Source: Gemmata obscuriglobus
Lineage (GTDB): Bacteria > Planctomycetota > Planctomycetia > Gemmatales > Gemmataceae
Assembly (NCBI RefSeq): GCF_008065095.1
Contig: NZ_CP042911.1
Coordinates: forward strand, 1,080,001 to 1,112,000
Direction: 5' to 3'
Length of the DNA stretch: 32,000 bases
Shown here in pieces: positions 1 through 10,352 of the stretch (positions within the stretch are counted from its first letter, which is position 1; the number at the start of each line of letters is the position of its first letter). A model generated the notes under the pieces. It ran no database searches and had not been told where the DNA came from. It saw only the letters and a list, made by a program, of their open reading frames with translations. The position numbers were made by a program, and so were the translations under genes.

Positions 1-110
1 AGGCCGGGTGGGAGCCGCGGCAGCGGAACGTGTTCTACCAGCTCATTGACGAGAAGCCGGCGGCGCCGCGCCCCGTGGCTCGTGAGCTGGCGCTGCCGGT
101 GCTGAACTGA
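1..110 (+). CDS. 3' end of an upstream CDS (partial, product unknown)
   Basis: Frame 3 is open from the window edge to TGA at 108-110. It translates as ...AGWEPRQRNVFYQLIDEKPAAPRPVARELALPVLN*. Third codon positions are almost all G/C, as in the confident genes here. Confidence 0.45.
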   Translation, partial: AGWEPRQRNVFYQLIDEKPAAPRPVARELALPVLN

Positions 111-221
111 CGGGAGCGCGGCCGCCGGGCGGAACCGGACACATTCCCGTTTCCGATCCCGCTCGCGCTCGGCACAATGAACCCGAGCCCGTTTACCACC
201 CGTTGTGCCACCGAGACGTGA

Positions 222-989
222 ATGTCCGACGAATTCACCATGCGCCTGCGGCTCCAGACCGTGGCCGCGTACCGCGACCTGCGCCGGGGCGTGCAGCGGA
301 GCGGGCGCGAGAACGTCGTGTTCGCGGTCATCATGTTCGGCATCGCGTACTTCTACCACTCGGCGGGCGTGCCCCTGCTGGTGATCGCGCTGTACTGCCT
401 GCTGGCCGCCGGGGAGGTGCTGGTCGGGCTGTTCAAGTGGCTGTTCCCGTCGGCCGAGGGCGTCCTGCTCGACGGGCTCGTGCTGCTGAGCTTCGCCGGC
501 TGGAACCTGGGCTGGCAGGGGCTCGGGGTGGCCGCGGGCGGGCGGCCGCCCAACGTGTTCGTCGTGCTGCTGGGCCTGTACATGCTGAGCGGGGCGGTCA
601 GCCGGTTCCGGAGCTACGCGCACCTGCGGCGCCTGTTCGCCGAGCGCCCGGCGCCCGAGCACCTCGCGTGGTTCGACGAGCTGGTGGTGGACATCCTGAC
701 CGCCGACCCGCACACCGATCGGCTCGCGCTGGACCTGCCGACCTCGCCGCACTGGCGGGCGAAGCTGATCGGCGGCACCGCGTTCTTCGTCGCGGGCAGC
801 GGGGGGCAGGTGTGGATCGCGGGGGCGGACGACTTCAGCCTGAGGCGCGAGAAGGAGGGCCGCGGCGACGGCCGCCGCAAGGCCCTGCTCCGCATCTACG
901 GCGAGGCGTACCCCGAGTTCGACCTCGACGACGCGAGCTGGGCCAACTACGCGAACTGGATGGCCGAGCAGACCGACTCACGCCCGTAG
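222..989 (+). CDS. hypothetical membrane protein (about four N-terminal TM helices, soluble C-terminal half)
   Basis: ATG at 222 gives a 255-aa ORF with strong GC3 bias. Hydrophobic stretches include [48 protein letters not shown] and [15 protein letters not shown]. No recognisable catalytic motif. Confidence 0.6.
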   Translation: MSDEFTMRLRLQTVAAYRDLRRGVQRSGRENVVFAVIMFGIAYFYHSAGVPLLVIALYCLLAAGEVLVGLFKWLFPSAEGVLLDGLVLLSFAGWNLGWQGLGVAAGGRPPNVFVVLLGLYMLSGAVSRFRSYAHLRRLFAERPAPEHLAWFDELVVDILTADPHTDRLALDLPTSPHWRAKLIGGTAFFVAGSGGQVWIAGADDFSLRREKEGRGDGRRKALLRIYGEAYPEFDLDDASWANYANWMAEQTDSRP

Positions 990-1134
990 CCGGGGTGAGG
1001 AGGCCGGAGCAAACGCCGGGTGCGGGACGCGCACGTGTGTCGTCGTTCCGGCCTCGCGTTTTTTGACACGGGCGTTTCACGCTTCTTTACTCATTCCGCA
1101 CTCTCAACATTTCCCTCCTGCCCTCCGGACGCGC

Positions 1135-1863
1135 ATGATCGAAGTACGCGATCTGTCGAAGTGGTTCACCGGCCCCGGGGGGCTGCGCGTCACCGCCGTG
1201 GACGCCTTGCGGTTCACCGTCCGCCCCGGCGAGGTGTTCGGCCTGCTGGGGCCGAACGGGGCCGGCAAAACGACCACCCTGCGCATGCTCTGCACGGTGC
1301 TCACGCCCACCGACGGGACCGCGACCGTCGCGGGGTACGATGTCGTCCGGGAGCCCGGCGCGGTGCGCCGCCACGTCGGGTTCCTTTCGGCGAACACCGG
1401 CGTTTATGACCGGATGACCGCGTGGGAACTGGTCGAGTACTACGGCCGGCTGCACCAGGTCCCGCCGGACGAACTGCGTCCGCGCATGGAGGAGCTGTTC
1501 GACACGCTCCAGATGAAGGCGTTCCGGGACGTGCGCGGCGGGAAGCTCAGCACGGGGATGAAGCAGAAGCTCTCGATCGCCCGGGCGATGGTGAACGACC
1601 CGCCCGTGCTGATCTTCGACGAGCCCACCGCCGGCCTTGACGTGCTGGTGCAGCGGGCCGTGCTGAACAACATCAAGGCGCTGCGCGACCGGGGCAAGAC
1701 GATCATCTTCTCCACGCACATCATGCGCGAGGTGGAGCGGCTGTGCGACCGGGTCGCGGTGATGTCGAAGGGGAAGCTGGTGGCGTGCGGGACGCTCGAC
1801 GAGCTGCGCGAGATGTACAAACAGGACGACCTGGAGGAGCTGTTCTTCGAGCTGGTGCGCTGA
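1135..1863 (+). CDS. ABC transporter ATP-binding protein (ABC-2/NatA-like single NBD)
   Basis: Walker [11 protein letters not shown]-loop, ABC signature [12 protein letters not shown], Walker [12 protein letters not shown] and H-loop FSTHIM are all present. Start moved to ATG 1135 ([11 protein letters not shown]), the usual NBD N-terminus. The ORF-track start at 1063 adds a non-conserved leader. Confidence 0.9.
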   Translation: MIEVRDLSKWFTGPGGLRVTAVDALRFTVRPGEVFGLLGPNGAGKTTTLRMLCTVLTPTDGTATVAGYDVVREPGAVRRHVGFLSANTGVYDRMTAWELVEYYGRLHQVPPDELRPRMEELFDTLQMKAFRDVRGGKLSTGMKQKLSIARAMVNDPPVLIFDEPTAGLDVLVQRAVLNNIKALRDRGKTIIFSTHIMREVERLCDRVAVMSKGKLVACGTLDELREMYKQDDLEELFFELVR

Positions 1864-1951
1864 CAGCCATGCCCGCCGGCGCCCTTCGACCACAGGGCGC
1901 CGGGGCGTTGAACCAGCGAGCGGTCGGGCCGGCGCCAACACATCGCCGCTT

Positions 1952-2962
1952 TTACCTCTTGCTCGCGGCCGGCTGACGGAACCCGCGCTCCTCGGCGTCG
2001 TTCGGGTCCGTGGACACCGGGCCGTCGCGCCACAGCCACCGCATCATCTCCGGCAGGATCGCCCCGCCGAACTTCTGCCCGTGGCCGTTCATGCCCCAGG
2101 AGTAGTTCACGTCGTACCCCTTCTTCGTCAGCGCCTTCATCAGCCGCACGTTCTGGTGGAACCAGTCCATCTTCTCGTCGTACTTGCCGGCCCGGACCCC
2201 GCGGTTGTCGTTGCGCCCGTCGCACAGGTACACCCGGAGCGGCTTCTTCTCGGCCTCCAGCACCTTGTCCGCGTAGACGTGCCCGCCCCGCAGGTTAACG
2301 AAACTGCCGACGTTGCTCAGCACCTTGCGGAACTGGTTCGGGCGCTCCCACGCGACGGTGAACGCGGCGATCGCGCCGGAACTGGACCCGCCGATCCCGC
2401 GCATCTCGGGGTCTTTCGAGATGTTGTAATCTTTGGCCAGGACCGGCAGGAGTTCCTCGGTGACGACGCGGGCGTACTTGTCGTCGAGCGAGTTGTACTC
2501 GGTCGGCCGGTTGGTGTTCCGGTCGCCCCAGTCCCGCGGGGTCGGCTCGGGCTGGTCGGGCTTGCGGCCGGGGTTGATGAACACCCCGATCATGACCGGG
2601 ATCTCGCGCCGGTAGATCAGGTTGTCCATCACGTTCTGAGCCCGCACGTCTCCCTTCTCGTCCTTGAACGCTTGCCCGTCCTGGAACACCATGAGCGCGG
2701 CGGGCACCTTCGGGTCGTACTGCGCGGGCACGTACACCCAGTACGTGTGCTGCGTGCCCGGGTACACCTCGCACGGGAGCGTGAACGGCCCCTTGATCTC
2801 GCCCTTGGGAACACCGTCTTGTGGGAGCGAGTCCGGCCCCAGCCGGTATTGGGAGTCCGGGTTCGGCCGCGGCGGCGGCGGTTGCCCGGTCGCGTGTGTC
2901 AAACTCATCACCGCGGCCCCGGCGAGTCCGAGCCCGATGGCACAGGCGAGCGCTGTTCTCAT
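1952..2962 (-). CDS. secreted esterase family protein (alpha/beta hydrolase, esterase D / enterochelin-esterase-like)
   Basis: Internal ATG at 2962 gives the signal peptide [21 protein letters not shown]. Nucleophile elbow is [11 protein letters not shown]. Family-typical strings include [11 protein letters not shown] and FQDGQAF. The upstream part of the 424-aa ORF has poor coding character. Confidence 0.8.
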   Translation of the reverse strand: MRTALACAIGLGLAGAAVMSLTHATGQPPPPRPNPDSQYRLGPDSLPQDGVPKGEIKGPFTLPCEVYPGTQHTYWVYVPAQYDPKVPAALMVFQDGQAFKDEKGDVRAQNVMDNLIYRREIPVMIGVFINPGRKPDQPEPTPRDWGDRNTNRPTEYNSLDDKYARVVTEELLPVLAKDYNISKDPEMRGIGGSSSGAIAAFTVAWERPNQFRKVLSNVGSFVNLRGGHVYADKVLEAEKKPLRVYLCDGRNDNRGVRAGKYDEKMDWFHQNVRLMKALTKKGYDVNYSWGMNGHGQKFGGAILPEMMRWLWRDGPVSTDPNDAEERGFRQPAASKR

Positions 2963-3283
2963 TCGACGACTCCGTGCGACAAAGGAATCACGATTGTAGA
3001 CGCCCGGACGCTGTGTGGAGAGACCTATTTGCGACACAGGGCAGGGGGGGGCGCCGGGGTTTGCGATCGCCCGCGAGTATCGGCCTCCCACACGGTCCGG
3101 TCCCTTGTGCGGAGCCGAGTAGACCGCCTGCCGTCCGCAAGAACGCTTTCGGGGCGCCGCTATCGAACCCGTAGCAGGGTCCTGACCGGCCGAGGTCACG
3201 CCCACCAGCGTTGTCAGGTGGGGCACCGGCGGCCCGTCGATTTGAAGCGACCGGATTTGGTGTGGGCCGCGGTCGTCGGGACC

Positions 3284-4075
3284 TCACCGACCGGTCCATT
3301 CCACGAGCGCGAAGACGGGGCGGTGGTCCGATGCGACCTTTTCCTCAATCACGTTCGCCTCGGCCACCCGGAACCGGTCCGCGGGCCGGAACAGGATGTA
3401 ATCGATCTGCTGCCTCGGGGTGTCGGACGGGATGGTGAGCAGGCCCTTACGGCCTGGCTCGGTTGCGAACGCCCAGTTCTTCGCCAGGGCTTTGATGGGC
3501 GCGCTGGCCGGCGCCGCGTTCAGATCCCCTGCCAAAACGAAGGCGCCCGCCGCGGTGCCAAAGAGTTCGTCGATCTTCGCAATCTGCTTCTCCCGCGTCG
3601 GGCCGTCGTCGTGCTGGAGGTGCGTGTTCAGGAACGTAAGTGCGGGAAACGGGCCACCCGGTTCAACCGTGACCTGCAGAACGATTCGGGCCTCTTGCCG
3701 CTCTTTGCCCGGCAGCGAGTGGACCTTCGCACCTTTGAGCGGGAACCGCGACAGCACGGCGAGCCCGTAGCCCCCGCCCTGGAGGTCGATAGCCTTGCCG
3801 AACTCGGCGTTCAGCCCCGTCAGCTTGGCGAGTTCCGCGGCCTGATCCACCTTCCCGGTTCGCGTCGTGTTCCGGTCCACCTCCTGCAGAGCGACGACGT
3901 CCGGCTTCGCTGCCTTGATGACCTCGGCGATGCGGGCCAGATCGAGTTTGCCGTCGGTCCCCTCACCGTGATGAATGTTGTACGTCAGCACCCGGAGCAC
4001 GTTCCGCTCGGGCTTGTCGTCGGCCGGTACCAGGCCGGCCAACCCCAGTAACACAGTCACGGCAATCGCTCGCAT
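3284..4075 (-). CDS. endonuclease/exonuclease/phosphatase (EEP) family protein, secreted
   Basis: Signal peptide MRAIAVTVLLGLAGLV. EEP motifs are LTYNIHHG, VVALQEV, the GDLN-type motif LAGDLNA and a C-terminal SDHRPV. Confidence 0.85.
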   Translation of the reverse strand: MRAIAVTVLLGLAGLVPADDKPERNVLRVLTYNIHHGEGTDGKLDLARIAEVIKAAKPDVVALQEVDRNTTRTGKVDQAAELAKLTGLNAEFGKAIDLQGGGYGLAVLSRFPLKGAKVHSLPGKERQEARIVLQVTVEPGGPFPALTFLNTHLQHDDGPTREKQIAKIDELFGTAAGAFVLAGDLNAAPASAPIKALAKNWAFATEPGRKGLLTIPSDTPRQQIDYILFRPADRFRVAEANVIEEKVASDHRPVFALVEWTGR

Positions 4076-4460
4076 CGCGCTATCCCCACCACGTCTCGGA
4101 ACGCCTGCCCGTTACTTTACGGTTGTGGAGAACGAGCGCGGCGTTGGGCGCGTTACGGTCGGAGTGGTTTAATGCCGCCGATCGCGCGCACGTTCGCGTC
4201 CCTTTCACGCCGCAGGTGGACAACGGTCCGGAATTACGTTCCGCCCACGTCCGCCTCACCTGTTACGACCGATGGTATCCGTTTCCGATCGCAGGCTGGT
4301 TCCGGCCCGACACCGCTGTCGGAGGCTGCGGATACGGAGCAATCCGAAGGTGGCACCGGAAACTTCATCTCCTGAGCCCGCCGGTTCGGGCTTGCCCGCC
4401 GGGACCGGGCGCGGTATTTCCCGCAGCCTACCCAAACTGGGGCGCGGCACGGAGACCGAC

Positions 4461-6143
4461 ATGCGGGGCCGGTGGGCGGATGCGCTGTGGTTGCTCGCGG
4501 TCGGTGTGGCGTCGTCGGTGTGGTGCGTGACCGCCGCGGCCCAGCTCGGCGCCACGTTCGACGAACCGCTGTACGTGAAGGCGGGGCTCACGAGCTGGCG
4601 CACGGGCAGCAACAAGCTGCTGATGCGCGCCGGCACGATGCCGCTGCCGATCGACGTGCAGACGCTCCCGGCGTACCTCTGGGAGCAGCACCGGGGGCGC
4701 GAGTTCGACCCGGTGCTCGAGCTGCACACCGTTCTGCCCGTTTGTCGGGCGACCAACCTCGTCTTCTGGTGGCTCGCGCTCGCGTATTCGATGCGGCTGG
4801 GACGGGCGTTCGGCGGGGCGTGGGGCGGTCGTATCGCCGTCACCCTAGTCGGCTGCGATCCCAACTTCCTGGGGCACGCAGCGCTTGCCACCACCGACAC
4901 GGCCCTTCTGGCGCTCATGCTGGTGCTGGTTTACCACGCTCACTATTCCTGCACGCCGGACGCGCGCTGGGCGCGCCGGGTGCTCGCTCCCGGGTTGCTG
5001 TACGGCCTCGCGATCACGGCGAAGGCGTCGGCGATGGTGTTCGGGGCGCAGGCGCTGTTCGTGCTGGGCCTCTGGAACCTTGCGCGGGCGGGCGCCCTTA
5101 CCCCACCGGGGGGCGGCTCCGTCTGGCGCCGCGCCACACACTGCTGGCACGCGACGTACCAGTTCCGTAAAGACCTCGTGGCTACGGCGTTCGTCGGCTT
5201 CGTGTTCGTGTTCGCGTACTGTGGGTCGGACTGGGGCACCGAGCCGACGTTCATCAAGTGGGCCGACGGGCTACCCGAGGGCCGGCTGAAAGACGTGATG
5301 GGGCCGGTCAGTCAGAACCTGAAGATCTTCACGAACGCGGGTGAGGCGCTGCTGCACCAGATCAAGCACAACATCCGCGGGCACGGGACCTACCTACTCG
5401 GCACGTGGCACCAGCGCGCCACCCCGGCTTATTTCCCGGTCGCGCTGAGTATGAAGGTGCCGGTTCCGGCGCTCGTGCTGCTCCTGGCGGCGCTCGTGAC
5501 GCACCCGCGGCGGTTGCTGCTCCCGACCGCGGGCGTCGCTCTGGTGCTGCTCGCGTTCACGCCCAACTGCCGGGTGCAGATCGGCATCCGGTTCGTGTTC
5601 GTGCTGATGGCGCTGACGTACATCACTGTGGCCGCGGCGATTGCCCGCGGGTGGGCCGAACTGCGGGCGGGCACGCGCGCCGTGCCGCGGCCACTGGTCG
5701 TGGCGTCACTGGCGGCGCTTGTCGGTACGGCCGCGTGGGTGTGGCCGCACGGGTTGAGCTACTTCAACCAGCTCTGGGGTGGGACGCCGGCGGGGGACGT
5801 GTTGCTGCACGACTCGAACTACGACTGGGGGCAGGGGCTGCCCGAACTGCGCCGATGGAACGCGGAGCACAACGGCGGCGAACCGCTCGGGCTGTGGTAC
5901 TTCGGCACCGATCCGGACACGATATACCCGCCCGTCGTGTGGCTGCACCTGAGCCACATCCCGCTGACCGGGAACGACGACACACCGACGCACTGCCCGA
6001 CAAAGTACCTCGCGGTGTCGGTCGCCATCCTGAGCAACAACCCCGCTCCGACCCCCGCGCACAAGGCGCGGCTCGAATGGATCAAGACGCAAACGCCGGT
6101 CGCGCGAACGACTCATTTCTTCATCTACCGCGTGCGTGAGTAA
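4461..6143 (+). CDS. GT-C fold glycosyltransferase-like membrane protein (family 39/83, ArnT/PMT-like)
   Basis: Start at ATG 4461 (MRGRWADALWLLAVGVASSVW). First TM helix is followed by an FDEPLY loop, then LGHAALATTDTALLALMLVLVY, typical of ArnT-like enzymes. There are 10 or more hydrophobic helices and a soluble C-terminal domain. Confidence 0.6.
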   Translation: MRGRWADALWLLAVGVASSVWCVTAAAQLGATFDEPLYVKAGLTSWRTGSNKLLMRAGTMPLPIDVQTLPAYLWEQHRGREFDPVLELHTVLPVCRATNLVFWWLALAYSMRLGRAFGGAWGGRIAVTLVGCDPNFLGHAALATTDTALLALMLVLVYHAHYSCTPDARWARRVLAPGLLYGLAITAKASAMVFGAQALFVLGLWNLARAGALTPPGGGSVWRRATHCWHATYQFRKDLVATAFVGFVFVFAYCGSDWGTEPTFIKWADGLPEGRLKDVMGPVSQNLKIFTNAGEALLHQIKHNIRGHGTYLLGTWHQRATPAYFPVALSMKVPVPALVLLLAALVTHPRRLLLPTAGVALVLLAFTPNCRVQIGIRFVFVLMALTYITVAAAIARGWAELRAGTRAVPRPLVVASLAALVGTAAWVWPHGLSYFNQLWGGTPAGDVLLHDSNYDWGQGLPELRRWNAEHNGGEPLGLWYFGTDPDTIYPPVVWLHLSHIPLTGNDDTPTHCPTKYLAVSVAILSNNPAPTPAHKARLEWIKTQTPVARTTHFFIYRVRE

Positions 6144-6328
6144 TCGGTTTTCTCGTTCAGCGTCTGACACATCGCCGCTGCCATCTGCCGAGTGGGGCCG
6201 CTTTGGCACGAATCGTTCCGTACTTCTGCGGGGGGGGCTCCGGCGGGCGCCCGCTCCGCAGGCGACGGCTGCGGATTGTAAAGTCGCACCCGGTTCGGCG
6301 TGCGTTGGTCCTTCGGGGGGTGGTTACG

Positions 6329-7105
6329 ATGTGGCGGTTCGTTCGCTCGGTGTTGGCCACCGCCGGACTCCTCGTCTCGCTCGCCGGGTTGTTGGTATTC
6401 GCAAGTGCGGCTGCCGGGGTGTGGTGGGCGAGGGCCGAAGCGGACCGGCACGCGGCTTCGCTGGCGGGGCGGGCGAACGTTGCGGCGGATGCGGCCGACC
6501 ACGGGATCGGTTTCGTTCGCGAGGTGCTGGCGCAGGCGGAACAGGACCTTGCCCGCGCGCGCGCGAGCACGGCCGCAATGCCGGCGGAGCCGGTGAACCC
6601 GCTCGTGCGGTTCGGCGCGCGGCACGCCTCGCAGGAATTGGCCGGGTCGGTGGACCGCGCCACCGCCGCCGTCGCCACCGCTTCGGATGCGGTCGTAGTG
6701 GCGAACACGGCGCTGGAACTGTTCGACAAAGACTCCACGCTCCAGAACTGGTTCCGGGTGCGACCGGAGCAGCTCGAACAGACCCGCGTTGATCTGAACG
6801 CCGCGACCCGCGACCTGAAGAAGGCGCGAACGGTGCTCGGCATCCCGGTGGCACCCGGTGGGGCGCCGACCGCGGACCAGTTGAACACGATCGAAGCGGG
6901 CCTGACGCAGGCCCGTGAGCTGACGGACCGTATGGGCGCCGCGGTCACCGCGACCCGGGTAAAAGTCGCGGACACGAGGAGGCAGGTCGAAACGTGGGTG
7001 CGGCGGATCGCGATCGGTGTGACCGCGCTGGGCGTGCTGGGCGCGGCGGGCCAGTTCTTCGCGGCACGCTTCTGCTGGCACGTGCTCCGCGGAAAGCCGG
7101 CGTGA
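6329..7105 (+). CDS. hypothetical protein with TM helices at both termini flanking an Ala-rich helical domain
   Basis: ATG 6329 (MWRFVRSVLATAGLLVSLAGLLVF). C-terminal helix is IAIGVTALGVLGAAGQFFAARF. GC3 bias is good. The TTG-initiated extension from 6203 looks non-coding. Confidence 0.5.
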   Translation: MWRFVRSVLATAGLLVSLAGLLVFASAAAGVWWARAEADRHAASLAGRANVAADAADHGIGFVREVLAQAEQDLARARASTAAMPAEPVNPLVRFGARHASQELAGSVDRATAAVATASDAVVVANTALELFDKDSTLQNWFRVRPEQLEQTRVDLNAATRDLKKARTVLGIPVAPGGAPTADQLNTIEAGLTQARELTDRMGAAVTATRVKVADTRRQVETWVRRIAIGVTALGVLGAAGQFFAARFCWHVLRGKPA

Positions 7106-7307
7106 GACCGGCCGGTGGCGCACTGCCAAGGGGAACGGACCGGTCCGCCGAATCGCCGAGTGAGGGCCGCTGCCTCGGACTTGAACTTACCACGGTTACC
7201 ACCCGCCCGTGCCGGCGGGCGGACTTCGGCGTCGTCCGCCCGCTACCGGCCTCATCACGCTTCGAGCACTTGAAACTACTGGCAAGGGAGCGGCACCCCG
7301 CACCGGT

Positions 7308-8216
7308 TCACACGCCGGTGCGGGCGGGTTCGGCGGCTTCTTCCGGTTCCGGAGCGGTTCCGCCGGCTAGCAGCGCCGCGGGCGGCTCCTTGATGCCCCA
7401 CACCAGACCGAACCGCGCGCACAGGCGGATGAACTGGTAGGCCATGTCGAACTCGTACCAGGCGAACCCGTGCCGCGCCGAGTACGGGGCGCGGTGGTGG
7501 TTGTTGTGCCACCCGTCACCCATCGCCAGGTAGCCGAGCACCATGTTGTTCCGGCTCCCCTCGCCGGTGTCGAACCGCTGCGCCCCCCACACGTGCCCGA
7601 TCGAGTTCACCGCGAACGTCACCTGGAACACCAGCACCGCGCTGAGACAGTACCCGTACACCAGTCCGTTCAGGCCGAGCGCCGCGTAGCACGCGGCGGC
7701 CAGCAGCAGCCCGGGCACCATCCACAGGCGCTCCAGCCACACGAGTTCGGGGTACTTCGTGAGGTCGTGTGCGATCCGGTGATCGGGGTCGTTCAGGTCC
7801 TGGGTGAACAGCCACCCGACGTGCCCGTGGAACAGCCCGCCGACGACCGGCGAGTGCGGGTCCTGCGGCGTGTCCGAGTGCCGGTGGTGCAGACGGTGGT
7901 GAATGACCCACCACAGCGGCCCCTTTTGAAGCGCAGTGCTCCCGGCGCACGCGAGCAGGAACTGGAACCACCGCGAGGTCTTGAACGAGCGGTGCGAAAA
8001 GTACCGGTGGAACCCGACCGTGATCCCCAGCCCCATGATCCGTGTGACGGCCACCACCGCGACCACCGACCAGACGGTGAACTCGACGAACGGGATCGCC
8101 AGCAGCGCGAGGTGGACCGCGATGAGCGGGCACAGCGCGAGGGCGACGCGGGACACACGGTACCAGCGCGGGCGCACGTTCGCGCCAGGGAGCGGAGCGG
8201 TCTGCATCGCGAGCAA
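7308..8216 (-). CDS. acyl-CoA (delta-9-type) fatty acid desaturase
   Basis: Three histidine boxes of membrane desaturases are present: HRYFSH, HHRLHHRHSD and WHNNHHRAP. TM helices are in the expected positions. Confidence 0.9.
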   Translation of the reverse strand: MLAMQTAPLPGANVRPRWYRVSRVALALCPLIAVHLALLAIPFVEFTVWSVVAVVAVTRIMGLGITVGFHRYFSHRSFKTSRWFQFLLACAGSTALQKGPLWWVIHHRLHHRHSDTPQDPHSPVVGGLFHGHVGWLFTQDLNDPDHRIAHDLTKYPELVWLERLWMVPGLLLAAACYAALGLNGLVYGYCLSAVLVFQVTFAVNSIGHVWGAQRFDTGEGSRNNMVLGYLAMGDGWHNNHHRAPYSARHGFAWYEFDMAYQFIRLCARFGLVWGIKEPPAALLAGGTAPEPEEAAEPARTGV

Positions 8217-8374
8217 CCGGGTTCGTAAGGTTTCCCCGGCCGTCCGGGATGTGCTGATAAGGGTTCGCCTGCCTGGGCCGCAGATCCACCGAGCAGGAAA
8301 TCTACGCGGCGGCGCGTCGCAAAGCGACAGCGTTTCGCCGCGAGAAGCGATTTAGTAATTTGCGGTATTTGACC

Positions 8375-8405
8375 CCGCGCCGGTGCGCTGCGCGGACCGG
8401 CGCGG
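8375..8405 (-). terminator. GC-rich hairpin 15 nt downstream of the glmS stop (possible terminator)
   Basis: A perfect 10-bp stem, ccgcgccggt (8375-8384) with accggcgcgg (8396-8405), and an 11-nt loop. No U-tract follows, so terminator function is an inference. Confidence 0.35.
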
Positions 8406-8419
8406 CTGGGGCGACGGTG

Positions 8420-10252
8420 TCACTCGACGGTGACACTCTTGGCGAGGTTCCGCGGCTTGTCCACGTCGCACCCGCACAGGAGCGCGATCTCGTAAGCGAG
8501 CAACTGAAGCGGGATCGCGGTGACGATGGGTTGCAGGTACTCGGGCACGTCGGGGATCGGGATCACGTCGTCGGCCAGCGCCGCGACCTCGCGGTCGCCC
8601 GCGCCCGCGACCGCGATCACCGGGCCGCCGCGGGCCTTGATCTCCTGCATGTTCGACATCACCTTGTCGAACACGTTCCCGCGGGGTACCAGGAACACGC
8701 TCGGCGTGCTCTCGTCCACCAGCGCGATCGGGCCGTGCTTCATCTCCGCGGCCGGGTACCCTTCTGCGTGGATGTAGCTGATCTCCTTCAGCTTCAGCGC
8801 GCCCTCCAGGGCGACCGGGTACAGGTACTGGCGCCCCAGGTACAGCACGTTCTTCGCGTGCGCGTACTTCTCCGCCACCCGCTTCACGTGGTCGTGGCAG
8901 GCGAGCGTTTTGCGCACGGTTTCGGGCAGCGCGTGAAGGTCGTCGATAATGCGCTGGCCCTGCGTGCTGGAGAGGTGCCGGGTGCGGCCCAGGTACAGCG
9001 CGAGCATCGTGAGGACGCACACCTGCGAGGTGAACGCCTTCGTGCTCGCGACGCCGATCTCGGGGCCGGCGTGCAGGTACACCCCGCCGTCGGCCTCGCG
9101 GGCGATCGAGCTGCCGACCGCGTTGCAGATCGCCAGCGTGGTGTGGCCCATCCGCTTGCTCTCGCGCAGGGCGGCCAGCGTGTCCGCCGTCTCGCCGCTC
9201 TGGGTGAGCGCGAGCACGACCGAGCTGCGGTCGAGGGGCGGGTTGCGGTAGCGGAACTCGCTCGCGTACTCGACCTCCACCGGCACCCGGGCCAGCTCCT
9301 CGAGCAGGTACTCGCCCACCATCGCCGCGTGGTAGCTGGTGCCGCACGCGGTCATGATGACGCGGTCCACCTGGCGGAGCTGCTGGGCGCTGAGGTTCAG
9401 CCCGCCGAAGTGAGCGGTGGCGTTGTCCGCCTCGAGCCGGCCCCGCATCGCGTTCGCGAGCGTCTCGGGCTGCTCGTAGATCTCCTTCAGCATGTAGTGC
9501 GGGTACTCGCCGCGGTCCGCGTCCCCGGTGCCGAGGAACGCGCCGATGTCGCTGACCGATACCGACACGGGGGCCAGGTCCTGGTCGCGGATCTCCCAGT
9601 CGGTTTCGTTCAGGGTGCAGAGCTGCCGGTCCGTCAGGTACACCACCTTGTCGGCGAACCCGGCGAGGGCGTTCGCGTCGCTGGCGAGGTACGTGCCGTC
9701 GTCGCCCACCCCGATGACGAGCGGGCTGCCCAACCGGGCGCCGACGATCACCCCCGGTTCGGCCTTCGCCATCACCGCGATGCCGTAGGTGCCCTTCACC
9801 AGCGCCAGCGCCTGGCGGACCGCGGCGGTCAGGTCGCCGTGGTAGTAGTGGCTGATGAGGTGGGCCAGCACCTCGGTGTCCGTGTCCGAGCGGAACGCGA
9901 CACCCTTCTCCTGGAGTTGGTGCTTGAGTGCGGCGTAGTTCTCGATGACGCCGTTGTGGACGACCGCGATGTCGTTGCGGGCGTTCAAGTGCGGGTGCGA
10001 GTTGCGGTCGGTGGCGCCGCCGTGGGTGGCCCAGCGGGTGTGGCTGATCCCGTGGCACCCCGGGGCCGGGTGCGTGCCCAGGTGTTTGGCGAGTTCGGCA
10101 AGCCGTCCGGCCTTCTTGCGGACGTGCAACTCGTTGCCGGTGCCGGTGACCAGCCCGGCGCTGTCGTACCCGCGGTACTCCAGCCGCCGCAGCCCTTCGA
10201 GCAGGATCGGGGACGCTTCGCGCGTCCCGGTGAAGCCGACGATGCCACACAT
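8420..10252 (-). CDS. glmS: glutamine--fructose-6-phosphate aminotransferase (isomerizing)
   Basis: N-terminal MCGIVG catalytic Cys, two SIS domains and the invariant C-terminal KSVTVE. The 610-aa length is canonical. Confidence 0.97.
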   Translation of the reverse strand: MCGIVGFTGTREASPILLEGLRRLEYRGYDSAGLVTGTGNELHVRKKAGRLAELAKHLGTHPAPGCHGISHTRWATHGGATDRNSHPHLNARNDIAVVHNGVIENYAALKHQLQEKGVAFRSDTDTEVLAHLISHYYHGDLTAAVRQALALVKGTYGIAVMAKAEPGVIVGARLGSPLVIGVGDDGTYLASDANALAGFADKVVYLTDRQLCTLNETDWEIRDQDLAPVSVSVSDIGAFLGTGDADRGEYPHYMLKEIYEQPETLANAMRGRLEADNATAHFGGLNLSAQQLRQVDRVIMTACGTSYHAAMVGEYLLEELARVPVEVEYASEFRYRNPPLDRSSVVLALTQSGETADTLAALRESKRMGHTTLAICNAVGSSIAREADGGVYLHAGPEIGVASTKAFTSQVCVLTMLALYLGRTRHLSSTQGQRIIDDLHALPETVRKTLACHDHVKRVAEKYAHAKNVLYLGRQYLYPVALEGALKLKEISYIHAEGYPAAEMKHGPIALVDESTPSVFLVPRGNVFDKVMSNMQEIKARGGPVIAVAGAGDREVAALADDVIPIPDVPEYLQPIVTAIPLQLLAYEIALLCGCDVDKPRNLAKSVTVE

Positions 10253-10352
10253 GGTTGAGGACTCCGTTCCGCTTTGGGCGGATCAAAAGTGTAACGGATG
10301 GGTCAGGCTCGTGGAAAGGCGACCTTCGTGCCGCCGCTCCGGGCCGGCGGTG

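Noticed and set aside
4076-4460. 385-bp divergent intergenic region with a 67-aa ORF (4172-4375)
   Set aside because: The ORF has no coding bias or motif. The region is most simply the two divergent promoters of the EEP and GT-C genes.
8360-10258. 632-aa ORF on the plus strand
   Set aside because: It is exactly antisense to glmS, whose identity is unambiguous. Its translation is Arg/Ala/Gly/Val-rich with no motif. This is a typical shadow ORF in high-GC DNA.
10253-10352. Possible glmS ribozyme upstream of glmS
   Set aside because: Only 100 nt separate glmS from the upstream GNAT gene, shorter than the ribozyme as I recall it. I could not recognise its conserved core. It is also not known to me from Planctomycetes.
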